Below the pieces are notes generated by a model that saw only the letters and a program-made list of their open reading frames with translations, was not told the origin of the DNA and did no database searches. Shown one piece after another: positions 50,083-60,452 of a stretch of DNA of 64,000 nucleotides. Positions within the stretch are counted from its first letter, which is position 1; each line of letters starts with the position of its first letter. Position numbers and translations under genes: made by a program. Source of the DNA: an uncultured Gemmatimonadales bacterium (lineage in GTDB: Bacteria; Gemmatimonadota; Gemmatimonadetes; Gemmatimonadales; GWC2-71-9); the NCBI GenBank assembly GCA_963836815.1, contig CAWILD010000012.1, forward strand, positions 205,990-269,989. Reading direction: 5' to 3'.

Positions 50083-51735
50083 ATGGACATTCCACCCAGG
50101 CTCCGCTGTTCACTTCCGCAGTGGTCAGTCTGGATTCACTCGACACAAGTCGCAGCGCTACAACAGCGTCAGGGAACGCACGTGGTCCTTTTCTCACGCC
50201 CTTCGCGTCAGGTCCCATTCGTGTGCCTGGGCCTACTCGCCCTCGGCTCCGCGCCCACCGTCGCGGCGCAGACCGATGCGCAGTGGCTCTCCGCGCGCAT
50301 GTCCGAGTGGTATGAGACCGCCTCTCGCAGAGCGCCCGGTCGGTGGGGCATCGCCATAGGCGATCCTTCCGGCCGGATTCTCTGGAGCATGAACCCGACC
50401 GAGCCGATGGTGCCCGCCTCGACGGTGAAACTGTTCACCACCGGCTTCGCACGCAGCGTATTGGGCGGCTCGGCCCGGCGCGCGACCCGCGTCGTCGGTC
50501 AAGGGCAGCTCGATCTGGACAGCGGCGAGTGGAGGGGAACCTGGGCACTCGAGCTGAACGGCGATCCCTCGCTCGAGCGGGCGCAGGGCTCCGGCCCGAC
50601 GCTGTATGACCTCGCCCTCCAGCTCGCCAGCGGAGGCATCCGCAAGCTGACCGGCCCGCTGCAGGTGCAGAGCGCGGACGGGCCGGCCAACGCCATCTAT
50701 CCTACCGCCTGGTCCTCCAGGCACCGCGGCCGGTTGTTCGCGCCGCCGGTTGGGCCGTTGACGCTTCACGAGAACATCGTTTGGCTCACCGTCCGCCCTG
50801 GGGAAAAGGTCGGCTATCGGGCCAGGCTGATCGAGACCGCGCCGAGCGCGATCAGCTCGCTGGTCACCGTGACGGCCAAGACCCGGTCCGGGCGCCGCTC
50901 CCGGCTGGTCCTGTCCCGGCGGTCCGATGGCGGCTGGGTCGTGGGCGGCACGATCGGGGTCCGCGCAGCGCCCCGGCGGATCACGGCCGTGGCGTCCGAC
51001 CCCAAGGTCGTATTGAACGCCGTATGGGGCTCGGCGCTCGCACGGGCGGGAATCAGCTGGAACCGTGTGTCCCGGCGGGGGCCCGCCCCCGAGGGCACGC
51101 CCCAGATCCTGGCCGAGGTCGCCTCACCTCCGCTGGACTCCCTGGCGAGCGAGATCAACCGTCGCAGCCTCAACCTCGGGGCCGAGCTGTTGCTCCAGTG
51201 GGCTGGCGGCCGCGACGGTGCCCCGCAGCGGCTCACGGACCACGTGCGGCAAGTGACCGGCTCGCCCGACGGCGTCTATCTCGTGGATGGCAGCGGGTTG
51301 TCCTACGACGATCGGGTGATGCCTGCGGCCTTCATCAGCTATCTCGCCAAGTTCCCCAGCACCGCTGCGGGCCAGAATTTCCCGCAGCTGCTCCCGGCCA
51401 ACGGGTCCGGCACCCTGCGCCGCCTCAATACCGGCTTTCCCGCCGAAGGCGTCGTGCGGGCCAAGACCGGCACGCTCAGCCAGGTTTCCACCGTGGTGGG
51501 ATATCTGGGGCTGCCGGAGGGCACGTTGCTGGTGACGCTCATGTACAACGGGCCGCGGCCCCTGGCCGCGCGCCAGGCGCAATGGAACCTGTTTCGCGAG
51601 CTCGGAGCGAACGGGGTCGTGATCCCTACCGATTCGGCCATGGTGCCGCCGGTGCAGCTCGGCGGCGACGAGTCGGCCCGCCCCGCCTGGCTCCCCGACC
51701 TCGTGGCGCCGGACTCCAGCGCCGAATCCCGCTAG
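50083..51735 (+). CDS. dacB: D-alanyl-D-alanine carboxypeptidase/endopeptidase (PBP4, peptidase S13)
   Basis: SxxK (ASTVKLF), SxN-equivalent (DGSGLS) and KTGT motifs. The start is uncertain, and a GTG near 50182 would give a cleaner signal peptide. Confidence 0.85.
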   Translation: MDIPPRLRCSLPQWSVWIHSTQVAALQQRQGTHVVLFSRPSRQVPFVCLGLLALGSAPTVAAQTDAQWLSARMSEWYETASRRAPGRWGIAIGDPSGRILWSMNPTEPMVPASTVKLFTTGFARSVLGGSARRATRVVGQGQLDLDSGEWRGTWALELNGDPSLERAQGSGPTLYDLALQLASGGIRKLTGPLQVQSADGPANAIYPTAWSSRHRGRLFAPPVGPLTLHENIVWLTVRPGEKVGYRARLIETAPSAISSLVTVTAKTRSGRRSRLVLSRRSDGGWVVGGTIGVRAAPRRITAVASDPKVVLNAVWGSALARAGISWNRVSRRGPAPEGTPQILAEVASPPLDSLASEINRRSLNLGAELLLQWAGGRDGAPQRLTDHVRQVTGSPDGVYLVDGSGLSYDDRVMPAAFISYLAKFPSTAAGQNFPQLLPANGSGTLRRLNTGFPAEGVVRAKTGTLSQVSTVVGYLGLPEGTLLVTLMYNGPRPLAARQAQWNLFRELGANGVVIPTDSAMVPPVQLGGDESARPAWLPDLVAPDSSAESR

Positions 51736-51742
51736 AAAACAC

Positions 51743-51770
51743 CGAGGCCGCGGATCGCTCCGCGGCCTCG
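51743..51770. terminator. 12-bp perfect hairpin between convergent dacB and the small membrane protein gene
   Basis: CGAGGCCGCGGA-tcgc-TCCGCGGCCTCG. On the minus strand it is followed by GUGUUUUCU. Confidence 0.6.
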
Positions 51771-51792
51771 ATCGTTCCAGCCCCATCGCGCG

Positions 51793-52014
51793 TCACGCCC
51801 TTCGCGCGCTCGCGGCGACCAGGACAACCCCACCGACCACGGCGAGCAATCCCACTACTGGCGGGATCCCGACGTGCTCCTTCTTGTCGGCGGTCGCCTT
51901 GATCGGGCCGATGTCCAGCACTTTCTCCTTCCGGGTGAAGGAGAACCCGCCCAGGGCAAGTCCCACCACGCCGAGCACGATCAGGAGGAAGCCCACGACC
52001 GCCGCGGGCTTCAT
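51793..52014 (-). CDS. hypothetical small two-TM membrane protein (73 aa)
   Basis: MKPAAVVGFLLIVLGVVGLALGGFSF...PPVVGLLAVVGGVVLVAASA. ATGA overlap with the upstream gene. Confidence 0.5.
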   Translation of the reverse strand: MKPAAVVGFLLIVLGVVGLALGGFSFTRKEKVLDIGPIKATADKKEHVGIPPVVGLLAVVGGVVLVAASARRA

Positions 52015-52160
52015 ACCGGCCTGCGGCCCTGAATGACCCGGATCAGCACGATCGCGAGCGCGATCACCAGCAGGATGTGGATGAAGCCGCCCAGCGTGTA
52101 CGACGACACCATTCCCAACAGCCAGAGCACGAGCAGGATGACGAAGATCGTCCAGAGCAT
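52011..52160 (-). CDS. lmo0937-family small membrane protein (49 aa)
   Basis: MLWTIFVILLVLWLLGMVSSYTLGGFIHILLVIALAIVLIRVIQGRRPV matches this widespread family as I recall it. Confidence 0.7.
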   Translation of the reverse strand: MLWTIFVILLVLWLLGMVSSYTLGGFIHILLVIALAIVLIRVIQGRRPV

Positions 52161-52484
52161 ACGGCCCTCCACACGAGTGTGGGTTCCGCGGGCCGGGGTC
52201 CGGCCCGGTGAACCGAATGACGTCGGTGTTCGGAGAGAAAGGGTAACCCATGCTCGCAAAAGGTGCCGTGACCACCCTCACCCGCGGGCAGCGATCACGC
52301 TCATGCCGGTCCGGTGGCGTCGGACGCAGGCGTCGCCGGGGTTCGAGGTTGTCCGGATTCACGTCGCGGCGTAGGTTTGGGCGCCTCTGTCGACGTAGAA
52401 GCCGTGATCCTTTCCCACCCGGTTGACTCGTTGCTCGCACCCATCGCGCAAGTCTTGCGCGATGGGTGCCTTTGGAGGAACCTC

Positions 52485-53429
52485 ATGAGACGTTTCGCCT
52501 TCGGCCTCCTCGCACTCGGAGCCGCCGCACTCACCGCTTGCCAAGACAACGTATCCCCCGATTCATCCAAGCCGACGTCGACACCCGCCTTCCGCAAGTC
52601 CCCGGTGGGCGAGCCCGCCCTGCTCAACAAGATGGAGCAGATCAATACCCGGTTGCGCGCACGAGGTCTGAACGTCGCGGTCGAGGCGATCGAGTTCTTC
52701 ACGATCGGTCAGGGGCGGCCGAGCAACCGGATCCATCAGCAAGAGTTCCGCTGGGTTCCGAACGACGAGAGGCGTCTGGCACAGGGCGCCGACATCACGT
52801 ATCTGGTGGACCAGAGCGACGGCGCGACGGCGAACGGTCTGACCAATGCGCAGACCGAGGGCGCTATCGACGCTGCTCTGGCCACCTGGGAAGCCCATGC
52901 GGCGCTCAAGAAGGTCGATATCGTGAAGCGCACTGATTCGGGGGCGGATCCCGACATCTTCGACTCGTTCTTCGGATTCGGTGGCGAGGGCAATCCCTTC
53001 TTGGCCGACATCGTGGAGGCTGGTTGGTTGCCCAGGGCGTTCTTCGAGGCAGTCGGCGGCCCGGGTGGCGGACGCGGCATCCTCGCCTTTTCAGTGACCT
53101 TCATTTTCACCGATGCCAACGATGTTCCGACCGACATCAATGGCGATAACCGCCTCGACACCGCGTTAAACGAGGTGTACTACAACAACACCTTCGGCGA
53201 CCCGGCCAACGATCGCGCCGGGAACCCCTGGGGCATCAACGTCGTGCTCCCGGGAATCGACGTTGAGACCGTGGCCTTCCACGAGAACGGTCACTCTCTC
53301 GGAATCGGCCACTTTGGTCCGCCGCCGGCGGCGGTGATGAACCCGGTCTATGCCGGGATCCGCCACGAGGCATTGGCGACCGATGGTGCCGGGATGCGCA
53401 CCGTGTGGTCCAGCTGGCCCAATCCGTAG
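52485..53429 (+). CDS. zinc metalloprotease lipoprotein (metzincin/matrixin-like)
   Basis: GGAGG RBS, MRRFAFGLLALGAAALTAC lipobox, and the zinc motif HENGHSLGIGH (HExxHxxGxxH). Confidence 0.75.
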   Translation: MRRFAFGLLALGAAALTACQDNVSPDSSKPTSTPAFRKSPVGEPALLNKMEQINTRLRARGLNVAVEAIEFFTIGQGRPSNRIHQQEFRWVPNDERRLAQGADITYLVDQSDGATANGLTNAQTEGAIDAALATWEAHAALKKVDIVKRTDSGADPDIFDSFFGFGGEGNPFLADIVEAGWLPRAFFEAVGGPGGGRGILAFSVTFIFTDANDVPTDINGDNRLDTALNEVYYNNTFGDPANDRAGNPWGINVVLPGIDVETVAFHENGHSLGIGHFGPPPAAVMNPVYAGIRHEALATDGAGMRTVWSSWPNP

Positions 53430-53548
53430 GATGAGGCGCCTGGAGGGGAGGGGTGCTCTCCGGCCCCTCCTCTCACTCGCCTTGTGACTTCTTTTCGTTC
53501 CCGCCTAATTTCCAGACCCCCCAACCGAGAAGCGCTGAGGATCTCCGA

Positions 53549-55741
53549 ATGGCAACGGCTACTGCTCCCGGCCCGGCGGCCGAGCGTCCCGAATTCAAGC
53601 CGTTCGTCCCCCCGGAACAGTCTCCGGCGGAGCTGACGTTTCGAGCCGTCCTTCTCGGTGCAATTCTTGGCGTGATCTTCGCCGCATCGAGCGTGTATCT
53701 CGCGCTGAAGATCGGCCTCACCGTCTCCGCCTCGATCCCGATCGCCGTCCTCGCCGTCGCGTTCTTCCGCACCCTGGGCCGTTCCACCATCCTCGAGAAC
53801 AACATGGTGCAGACGACCGGCTCCGCGGGCGAGTCGATCGCGGCGGGGATCGTGTTCACCATTCCGGCGATCCTGCTGATGGGGTACGACCTGACGGTGG
53901 GCAAGGTGGCGGTCATCGCGGTCGTGGGCGGCATCATGGGCGTGCTGCTCATGATCCCGCTCCGACGGGCACTGATCGTGAAGGAGCACGGCAGGCTGAC
54001 CTATCCGGAGGGTACCGCCTGCGCCGAAGTGCTGGTGGCGGGCGAGAAAGGCGGACTGCAGGCGAAGCGCCTGTTCCAGGCATTCGGCCTCGCGTTCGGA
54101 TACAAGTTCCTGATGGCCGGGCTCAAGGCCTGGAAGGAGTATCCGACCTGGGTCTCCCGGTCCTACCAGGGAGCGTCGGTCTCCGCCGAGGTGTCGCCCG
54201 AGCTGCTGGGCGTGGGGTACATCATCGGCCCGCGGATCGCGGGATATCTCTTCGCCGGCGGGTGCCTCGCCTACCTCGTTCTCATCCCCGCCATCAAGCT
54301 CTTCGGCGCGGGGCTCACTCAGCCGATCTTCGCCGAATCCAAGCTCATCTCGGAGATGAGCCCCGGCGAGGTGCGGGCCAACTTCGTTTTCTACATCGGC
54401 GCGGGCGCCGTGGCCGCCGCCGGAATCATCGCGCTCGTTCGCTCGCTGCCGACCATCGTGTCGGCCTTCCGCAGCGGCTTCCAGGACCTGCGCGGCAGTC
54501 TGGGCGCCACCGCGTCCCGGCTGCGGACCGACATCGACCTGCCCATCTGGGTCACCCCCGCCGGCGCGATCGTGCTCGCCCTCGTGCTCACCTTCCTGCC
54601 GCAGCTCTCGGTCAACCTGCTCGGCGCGGCGCTGATCGTCCTGTTCGGGTTCTTCTTCGTGGTGGTCTCGTCGCGCATCACCGGCGAGATCGGCGTGAGC
54701 GCGAATCCGATCTCGGGCATGACCATCGCCGCCCTCATCGGCACCACCACGATCTTTCTGCTCATAGGCTGGACTGGGGTGGACCACCGGGTTGGGGCGA
54801 TCAGCATCGCCGCGGTCATCGCGGTCGCCGCCGGCAACGCCGGCGCGACGAGCCAGGACCTCAAGACGGGCTTCTTGGTGGGAGCCACTCCGAAACGCCA
54901 GCAGATCGGCATCGTGGTCGGGGCCGTGACTTCGGCTCTGGCCATCGGCTGGACGCTGACCTTGCTCAACAACACCTACACCAACATCGTCCCCGAGCCT
55001 CACCCCGGTGTCGTCCTGGAAGCCGCGGCCCCGGGCTCCAGCGACCGGGCGGTCACGACCCTGGGCGAGCGGATGCGCCACGACGGTCGCGAGTGGGACG
55101 TGGTGCGGGTGAATCTTCCGACGCAGGGCGTGCTGCCCGGCAAGTACTTGCTGGACCCAGGCACCCACGAGGTGGCCTACCTGGTCGACCCCGGCATCGG
55201 CGGCCGCATCCGGGAGATCGACGGCCGGCCCATCACCAAGCTCGACTCCCCCAAAGCCACGATCATGGCGCTGGTGACGGACGGCATCCTGACGCAGAAG
55301 CTCCCCTGGGGGCTGGTGCTCATCGGGGTCTTCCTCACGATCTCGATCGAGATCATGGGTCTCCAGTCCCTCCCGATCGCGGTCGGCGTGTACCTGCCCA
55401 TCTCGACATCGGCCTCGATGTTCGCCGGCGGCGTTGTCCGCTGGCTGGTGGAGCGGCGCATGCGTAGCAGCGAGCGCTCCATCGCGGAGGTCGAGTCGGG
55501 GCCGGGCGTGCTGTTCTCGAGCGGGCTCATCGCCGGCGGGGCGATCGCCGGCATCGCGATCGCCGGCATCGCGGCGGCCCTCGTCAACCGCGCCGAAGCC
55601 GCGAAGGTGCCGGCGGCGGATTACCTGTCGCATGTCGCCGGGTTGGAGACGGCGCTGGGCGCCTTCGCGCAGAGCGATCTCGTGGCGCTCGTCGTCTTCG
55701 GCTGTCTCGGCTTCGTCCTCTATCGGGTCGCCAGCCGGTAG
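53549..55741 (+). CDS. OPT-family oligopeptide transporter
   Basis: About 730 aa and about 16 TM segments: ELTFRAVLLGAILGVIFAASSVYLALKIGLTVSASIP...TGSAGESIAAG. Confidence 0.9.
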   Translation: MATATAPGPAAERPEFKPFVPPEQSPAELTFRAVLLGAILGVIFAASSVYLALKIGLTVSASIPIAVLAVAFFRTLGRSTILENNMVQTTGSAGESIAAGIVFTIPAILLMGYDLTVGKVAVIAVVGGIMGVLLMIPLRRALIVKEHGRLTYPEGTACAEVLVAGEKGGLQAKRLFQAFGLAFGYKFLMAGLKAWKEYPTWVSRSYQGASVSAEVSPELLGVGYIIGPRIAGYLFAGGCLAYLVLIPAIKLFGAGLTQPIFAESKLISEMSPGEVRANFVFYIGAGAVAAAGIIALVRSLPTIVSAFRSGFQDLRGSLGATASRLRTDIDLPIWVTPAGAIVLALVLTFLPQLSVNLLGAALIVLFGFFFVVVSSRITGEIGVSANPISGMTIAALIGTTTIFLLIGWTGVDHRVGAISIAAVIAVAAGNAGATSQDLKTGFLVGATPKRQQIGIVVGAVTSALAIGWTLTLLNNTYTNIVPEPHPGVVLEAAAPGSSDRAVTTLGERMRHDGREWDVVRVNLPTQGVLPGKYLLDPGTHEVAYLVDPGIGGRIREIDGRPITKLDSPKATIMALVTDGILTQKLPWGLVLIGVFLTISIEIMGLQSLPIAVGVYLPISTSASMFAGGVVRWLVERRMRSSERSIAEVESGPGVLFSSGLIAGGAIAGIAIAGIAAALVNRAEAAKVPAADYLSHVAGLETALGAFAQSDLVALVVFGCLGFVLYRVASR

Positions 55742-55742
55742 C

Positions 55743-56168
55743 GTGCCGCCAAGCGGGACGGTCTCGCCCGCGCTGAGTGCGCGAATCATTCACGGCAGCC
55801 TGGTGTTGGGTGTCGTGCTGTTCTGCCTGGTCTCCTGGTTTGTCGCTGGACGCAGTGCGCTTCCCGTCTCGGCCCTGCCTAACCGGCGCGTGTTGTACCT
55901 GGGACTCTTCCTAGTGAGCGTCTCGCTGTTCGGCGGGGCGATGTTCACGGTGAATCGCCTGCGGCCGCCGCCGCCGGGCGCGTCGCAGGACGACTGGTGG
56001 CGGACCAACCTGGGGAAGGCCGTCGTCGTCTGGGCTTTGGTCGAGGCGCCCGCCATCCTCGGCACCGTGGCCTACCTGATCACCCGGGACTTCCGCACCC
56101 TCCTCGCCACCTTCGCCGGCCTCCTCCTTTTCGGGTCCTACCGACCGAGCCGGCTCATCGATCGCTAG
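55743..56168 (+). CDS. hypothetical four-TM membrane protein
   Basis: GTG 2 nt after the OPT stop. Hydrophobic segments IIHGSLVLGVVLFCLVSWFV, VLYLGLFLVSVSLFGG, VVVWALVEAPAILGTVAYL. Confidence 0.5.
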   Translation: MPPSGTVSPALSARIIHGSLVLGVVLFCLVSWFVAGRSALPVSALPNRRVLYLGLFLVSVSLFGGAMFTVNRLRPPPPGASQDDWWRTNLGKAVVVWALVEAPAILGTVAYLITRDFRTLLATFAGLLLFGSYRPSRLIDR

Positions 56169-56169
56169 G

Positions 56170-57066
56170 ATGCGGGTCGTCACTCTGCTGCCCGCCGCCA
56201 CCGAGATCGTGGCCGCGCTGGGCGGAGCGGAGGACCTCGTGGGGATCTCCCACGAGTGCGACTATCCGGCGTCGATCACCGGGCTTCCGCGGGTGACCGT
56301 CACCGCTGTAGACACCACTGCCCCGAGCGAGATCATCGACGCCGAAGTCCGGCGTCTGCGCGCCGCCGGGCGGCCGGTGATCGCGGTCGAGGCGGAGGCG
56401 CTTCGGCGACTCGCGCCCGACCTCATCATCACCCAGGGCCTCTGCGAGGTCTGCGCGGTCGAGGACGGCGCGGTGCATCGTCTCGCCGGCACGTTGCAGC
56501 CGAGTCCGCAGATACTCTCCCTCGTAGCCACGACACTCGCGGGCATCGAGGAGGATCTCCGGGCCGTCGGCCGTGCCATTGGCCGCGACCCGGAGGCCGC
56601 GGCGCTGATCGAGAGTCTCGACCACCGCCTGGCCTTGTTGCGAAGCCGGAAGCCCAGCGGTCGCGCGGCCGTGGTCTGCATCGAGTGGCTCGACCCGCTC
56701 TACCTCGCGGGACATTGGGTCCCTGAGCTGGTGGATGCGGCCGGCGGGCGGGACGTCGGCGCCACAGCGGGCAGCCACTCGGTCGTACGGGACTGGGGAG
56801 AGGTCGGTAGCCTGCGGGCGGACCTGATCCTCGTCATGCTCTGCGGCTTCGATGTCGAGCGGGCTCGCCGCGAGCTGGATGCCGTCCGCCTGCCGGAGGC
56901 GCGGCGGGTGCTTTCGACGGCTCCGGTCTGGCTCATCGACGGAAACGCGTACACCTCACGTCCCGGCCCCCGGGTCGTGGAGGGCGCCGAGCGCGTGCGG
57001 GCGGCCCTGGAAGGCCGGGAGCTTCCGGGACTCGAGCGGTGGGTACCGTCCTGGCCACCCAGCTGA
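56170..57066 (+). CDS. periplasmic-binding-protein fold (BtuF/siderophore-binding-like) protein without a signal peptide
   Basis: [19 protein letters not shown]...[11 protein letters not shown]...PDLIITQ..., a class III SBP pattern. Confidence 0.65.
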   Translation: MRVVTLLPAATEIVAALGGAEDLVGISHECDYPASITGLPRVTVTAVDTTAPSEIIDAEVRRLRAAGRPVIAVEAEALRRLAPDLIITQGLCEVCAVEDGAVHRLAGTLQPSPQILSLVATTLAGIEEDLRAVGRAIGRDPEAAALIESLDHRLALLRSRKPSGRAAVVCIEWLDPLYLAGHWVPELVDAAGGRDVGATAGSHSVVRDWGEVGSLRADLILVMLCGFDVERARRELDAVRLPEARRVLSTAPVWLIDGNAYTSRPGPRVVEGAERVRAALEGRELPGLERWVPSWPPS

Positions 57067-57536
57067 TCGTACCGGCGCTCGACTCGGCGTCCCTGGCCGT
57101 TGTCCGGTCGCTGTTCGAGGAGTACGGCAGCTCACTCGGCATCGACCTCGGCTTCCAGGACTTCACCGCCGAGCTGGAGAGCCTGCCTGGGAGCTATGCG
57201 CCGCCCGCAGGACGTCTCCTGCTCGCACTCGAAGACGATGCGCCGGCGGGGTGCGTTGCCCTCCGGCCGCTGGAAGCGGGAATCGCGGAAATGAAGCGAC
57301 TGTACGTTCGTCCGGCCTTCAGAGGGGGTGGTTGGGGCAGGCGCCTCGCCGAGCGAATCATCGCGGAGGCGCGCGACGCGGGCTATTCACGAATGCGGCT
57401 GGACACGCTCCCTTCGATGGCCGGCGCCCGGTCCCTGTACCAGGCGCTGGGCTTTCGCGAGATCCCGCCCTACCGCCACAACCCCATTCACGGCACCGCT
57501 TTTCTGGAGCTCATCCTGACCGGAACCCGGGGGTAG
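57039..57536 (+). CDS. GNAT-family N-acetyltransferase
   Basis: 165 aa: [30 protein letters not shown] (R/QxxGxG/A motif). 28-nt overlap with the previous gene. Confidence 0.8.
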   Translation: MGTVLATQLIVPALDSASLAVVRSLFEEYGSSLGIDLGFQDFTAELESLPGSYAPPAGRLLLALEDDAPAGCVALRPLEAGIAEMKRLYVRPAFRGGGWGRRLAERIIAEARDAGYSRMRLDTLPSMAGARSLYQALGFREIPPYRHNPIHGTAFLELILTGTRG

Positions 57537-57585
57537 ACATCGGGCCTCGCCTCGGCGACCTTTGGCATCCCCCAGCCCACAGCCC

Positions 57586-58659
57586 ATGACCCCCGAGTCG
57601 CTCGCTTTCCTCAAGTCCCTTCTGGACACGCCGGGCCCGTCCGCCTTCGAGACCGCCCCAGCCCGGCTCTGGCGTGCCGAAGCCGAGAAGTTCGCCGACC
57701 GGGTCCATGCCGACGTAAGCGGCAACTCCTACGCAACCCTCAACCCCGACAGCCGCCCCCGGGTCATGCTGGCCGGCCACATCGATGAGATCGGGGTGAT
57801 GGTCACCTACATCGATGACGAAGGCTACATCAGCTTCGATACGATTGGCGGCTGGGACCACCAAGTTTTCGTGGGCCAGCGGGTCCGCCTGCTCGGCCGA
57901 AACGGGCCGGTGGCAGGGGTCGTAGGCAAGAAGGCGATTCACATCATGGACAAGGATGACCGGGAGAAGGTGTCGAAGGTCCAGGACCTGTGGATCGACA
58001 TCGGGGCCATCGGGCGGGCGGAGGTCGAGGGCCGCATCCGAATCGGCGACCCGGGGGTGCTCGCAGCGGGTGTCGTGGAATTTCCCAATGGCCGGCTCGT
58101 CAGCCGGTCCATCGACAACCGGATCGGAGCGTTCGTGGTGCTGGAGACCATCCGGCTGCTCGCCCGGGACGGCACGCGGCCCGCGCCGGGGGTCACCGCC
58201 GTCGCGACGACCCGCGAGGAGATCGCGGCGACCGGAGGCGGTGCGCGCTCTTCCGCCACGACCCTCGAGCCCGACGTAGCGATCGTGATCGACGTGACGC
58301 ACGCGACGGATTACCCGGGCATCGACAAGCGCCGGCACGGCGACTACCGCCTGGGAGGCGGGCCGGTACTTTCCCGCGGCGCGTCGGTCAGCGAGCTGGT
58401 CTTCGAACGGCTCGCCGCGGCGGCGGAGGCAGAAGGCATCCCCTACGCCATCGAGGCGGCTTCCCGGGACACCCACACCGATGCCGAGGCGATCTTCAAC
58501 GCCCAGCGGGGCGTCGCCACCGCACTGGTCTCGGTTCCAAATCGCTACATGCACAGTCCCAATGAGATGATCGCCCTCGACGACCTCGACCAGACGGCCC
58601 GCCTGTTGGCGGCGTTCGTCCGCCGACTCGCCCACGACACCGACTTCGTCCCTCGCTGA
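57586..58659 (+). CDS. M42-family metallo-aminopeptidase (FrvX/glutamyl aminopeptidase-like)
   Basis: MTPESLAFLKSLLDTPGPSAFE...LAGHIDEIG...SRSIDNRIG... I prefer the ATG at 57586 over the non-ATG track start at 57562. Confidence 0.85.
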   Translation: MTPESLAFLKSLLDTPGPSAFETAPARLWRAEAEKFADRVHADVSGNSYATLNPDSRPRVMLAGHIDEIGVMVTYIDDEGYISFDTIGGWDHQVFVGQRVRLLGRNGPVAGVVGKKAIHIMDKDDREKVSKVQDLWIDIGAIGRAEVEGRIRIGDPGVLAAGVVEFPNGRLVSRSIDNRIGAFVVLETIRLLARDGTRPAPGVTAVATTREEIAATGGGARSSATTLEPDVAIVIDVTHATDYPGIDKRRHGDYRLGGGPVLSRGASVSELVFERLAAAAEAEGIPYAIEAASRDTHTDAEAIFNAQRGVATALVSVPNRYMHSPNEMIALDDLDQTARLLAAFVRRLAHDTDFVPR

Positions 58660-58683
58660 ACGGGCGAGTATTTTTCACGTATC

Positions 58684-59994
58684 ATGACGGCGAACCCGCT
58701 CATCCCCCTCGCTCTGACGCTCGCGTTGGCCGCTCCGGTGCCGCTTCGGGCCCTGCAGTTCGGGACCCAACAGGTGCCGGTGCAGACGCCACCGGCGCCG
58801 GTCATTACCGCCATCGACGACATCCGTCGTCTCAGCGACGACAAGCTCGGCGGCCGGATGACCGGATCCGCGGGGGCCGACTCCGCCGCCGCCTATCTGG
58901 CGCGGCGCTTCGAGGAGGTCGGCCTGCAGCCCGCGGCGGGCGGCTGGTTTCAGACGTTCACCGTAGCGAAGGAAGCACCGGTGGCGCAGCACGCGCACGT
59001 GGGCGGGTTGCGGGCGAAGAACGTCATCGGGCTCCTCCCCGGCCGCGATCCGGTGCTGCGCAACGAGACCGTCATCGTCGGGGCGCACTACGATCATCTG
59101 GGTCTCGGCGGGTTCGGCAGTCTCGATCCCGACAGCACCGGCCACGTGCACAACGGTGCGGACGACAACGCGTCGGGGGCCGCGATGCTCGTCCGCATCG
59201 CGGAGCGGTTGTCCCACTCGCCTCCCGCCCGCACCGTACTGTTCATCGCATTCAGCGGAGAAGAGCTCGGCCTGCTGGGGTCGGCGCACTACGTCAAGGA
59301 GCCGATTTACCCGCTGAGCGGCACCCTGGCCATGATCAACCTCGACATGGTCGGGCGTTTGCGGGACAACCGGCTCATCGTCTACGGCGTGCGCACGGCG
59401 AAGGAGTTCCCCGCCCTGCTCGACTCGCTCAACTGGCATGCCGGGTTCGATCTCAAGGCCCAGGGCGACGGCTACGGACCGAGCGACCAGTCGTCCTTCT
59501 TCGCGGCGGGCAAGCCGGTGCTCCACGTGTTCACCGACCTGCACGAGGACTACCACCGGACGACGGACGACTGGGAGAAGATCAGCCTCGACGGGTTCGA
59601 TCGGGTCACCAGTTTCACGCTCGGCATCGTGACCGCGCTGGCGAATCGTCCCACGCGCCTGAGGCCGGAAGACGCTCCGCCTCCCCCGCCGCCGCCGGTG
59701 GCGTCCTCATCCGTCACCCCTGGATACGGCGCCTATCTCGGCACGATCCCCGACATGACCGACAATCCCGGAGGCGTGCGGCTGGTGGGCGTGCGCGCGG
59801 GCAGCCCGGCCGAGAAAGCCGGCCTGCGGGGTGACGACGTCATCACCAAGATCGGCGAGATGGAAGTGCCCGACCTGCAGGCGATGACCGACGCCCTGCG
59901 AAGCCACAAGCCTGGAGACATCGTGGAGATCGTGATTCGCAGAGGGGCGCAGCTGACGACCGTCCGGGCCACGCTCGGCACCCGGGGAGGCTGA
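58684..59994 (+). CDS. secreted M28 aminopeptidase with a C-terminal PDZ domain
   Basis: Signal peptide, GAHYDHLG, ADDNASGAA, FSGEELGLLGS, DMVG, and a PDZ segment VGVRAGSPAEKAGLRGDDVI. Confidence 0.85.
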   Translation: MTANPLIPLALTLALAAPVPLRALQFGTQQVPVQTPPAPVITAIDDIRRLSDDKLGGRMTGSAGADSAAAYLARRFEEVGLQPAAGGWFQTFTVAKEAPVAQHAHVGGLRAKNVIGLLPGRDPVLRNETVIVGAHYDHLGLGGFGSLDPDSTGHVHNGADDNASGAAMLVRIAERLSHSPPARTVLFIAFSGEELGLLGSAHYVKEPIYPLSGTLAMINLDMVGRLRDNRLIVYGVRTAKEFPALLDSLNWHAGFDLKAQGDGYGPSDQSSFFAAGKPVLHVFTDLHEDYHRTTDDWEKISLDGFDRVTSFTLGIVTALANRPTRLRPEDAPPPPPPPVASSSVTPGYGAYLGTIPDMTDNPGGVRLVGVRAGSPAEKAGLRGDDVITKIGEMEVPDLQAMTDALRSHKPGDIVEIVIRRGAQLTTVRATLGTRGG

Positions 59995-59996
59995 GC

Positions 59997-60452
59997 GTGG
60001 CCGTGCTCGACGCCGATCGCATCGTCGCGGCCCTCCGGGGGGCTTTCGCACGCAACGCGGGCCGGGAAGAGCTGTTGCGCACCGCCGCCGAGAAGATCCG
60101 GTCGGCCGGTGCCCCCTACACCTCGGTCTACCTCTACATGCTGCACGGCGACGAGCTGGTGCTGGAGGCGCATGCGGGGCGCGAGACGGACCACACGCGG
60201 ATCCCGGTGGGCAAGGGTGTCTGCGGGACCGCGGTCGCCACCGGCCTCGACCAGAACGTCCCCGACGTGACCGCCATCGAGAACTACCTCGCCTGCAACA
60301 CCTGGACTCGGTCCGAGCTGGTCGTGCTGATCCGGCGCGGCAGCGTCATCCTGGGACAGATCGACGTAGACAGCGATGTGCCCGATCCGTTCACGGCCGA
60401 CGAGGAGGCGGAGGTGCGTAGGGTCGCGGATGCGCTCGCGGTTCTGCTCTAG
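59997..60452 (+). CDS. GAF-domain protein (free Met-R-sulfoxide reductase/YebR-like)
   Basis: 151 aa: RIPVGKGVCGTAVATG...ACNTWTRSELVVLI...GQIDVDS. Confidence 0.75.
   Translation: MAVLDADRIVAALRGAFARNAGREELLRTAAEKIRSAGAPYTSVYLYMLHGDELVLEAHAGRETDHTRIPVGKGVCGTAVATGLDQNVPDVTAIENYLACNTWTRSELVVLIRRGSVILGQIDVDSDVPDPFTADEEAEVRRVADALAVLL

Noticed and set aside
53348-55789. 813-aa minus-strand ORF opposite the OPT transporter
   Set aside because: It is Arg/Asp/Gly/Pro-rich low complexity and antisense to a 730-aa transporter with convincing TM segments. The same reasoning applies to 41623..44232 (opposite metH), 23428..25167 (opposite pruA), 20135..21709, 12359..13990, 30792..32204, 32572..34353, 60462..61412, 60934..62526 and 62606..63925.
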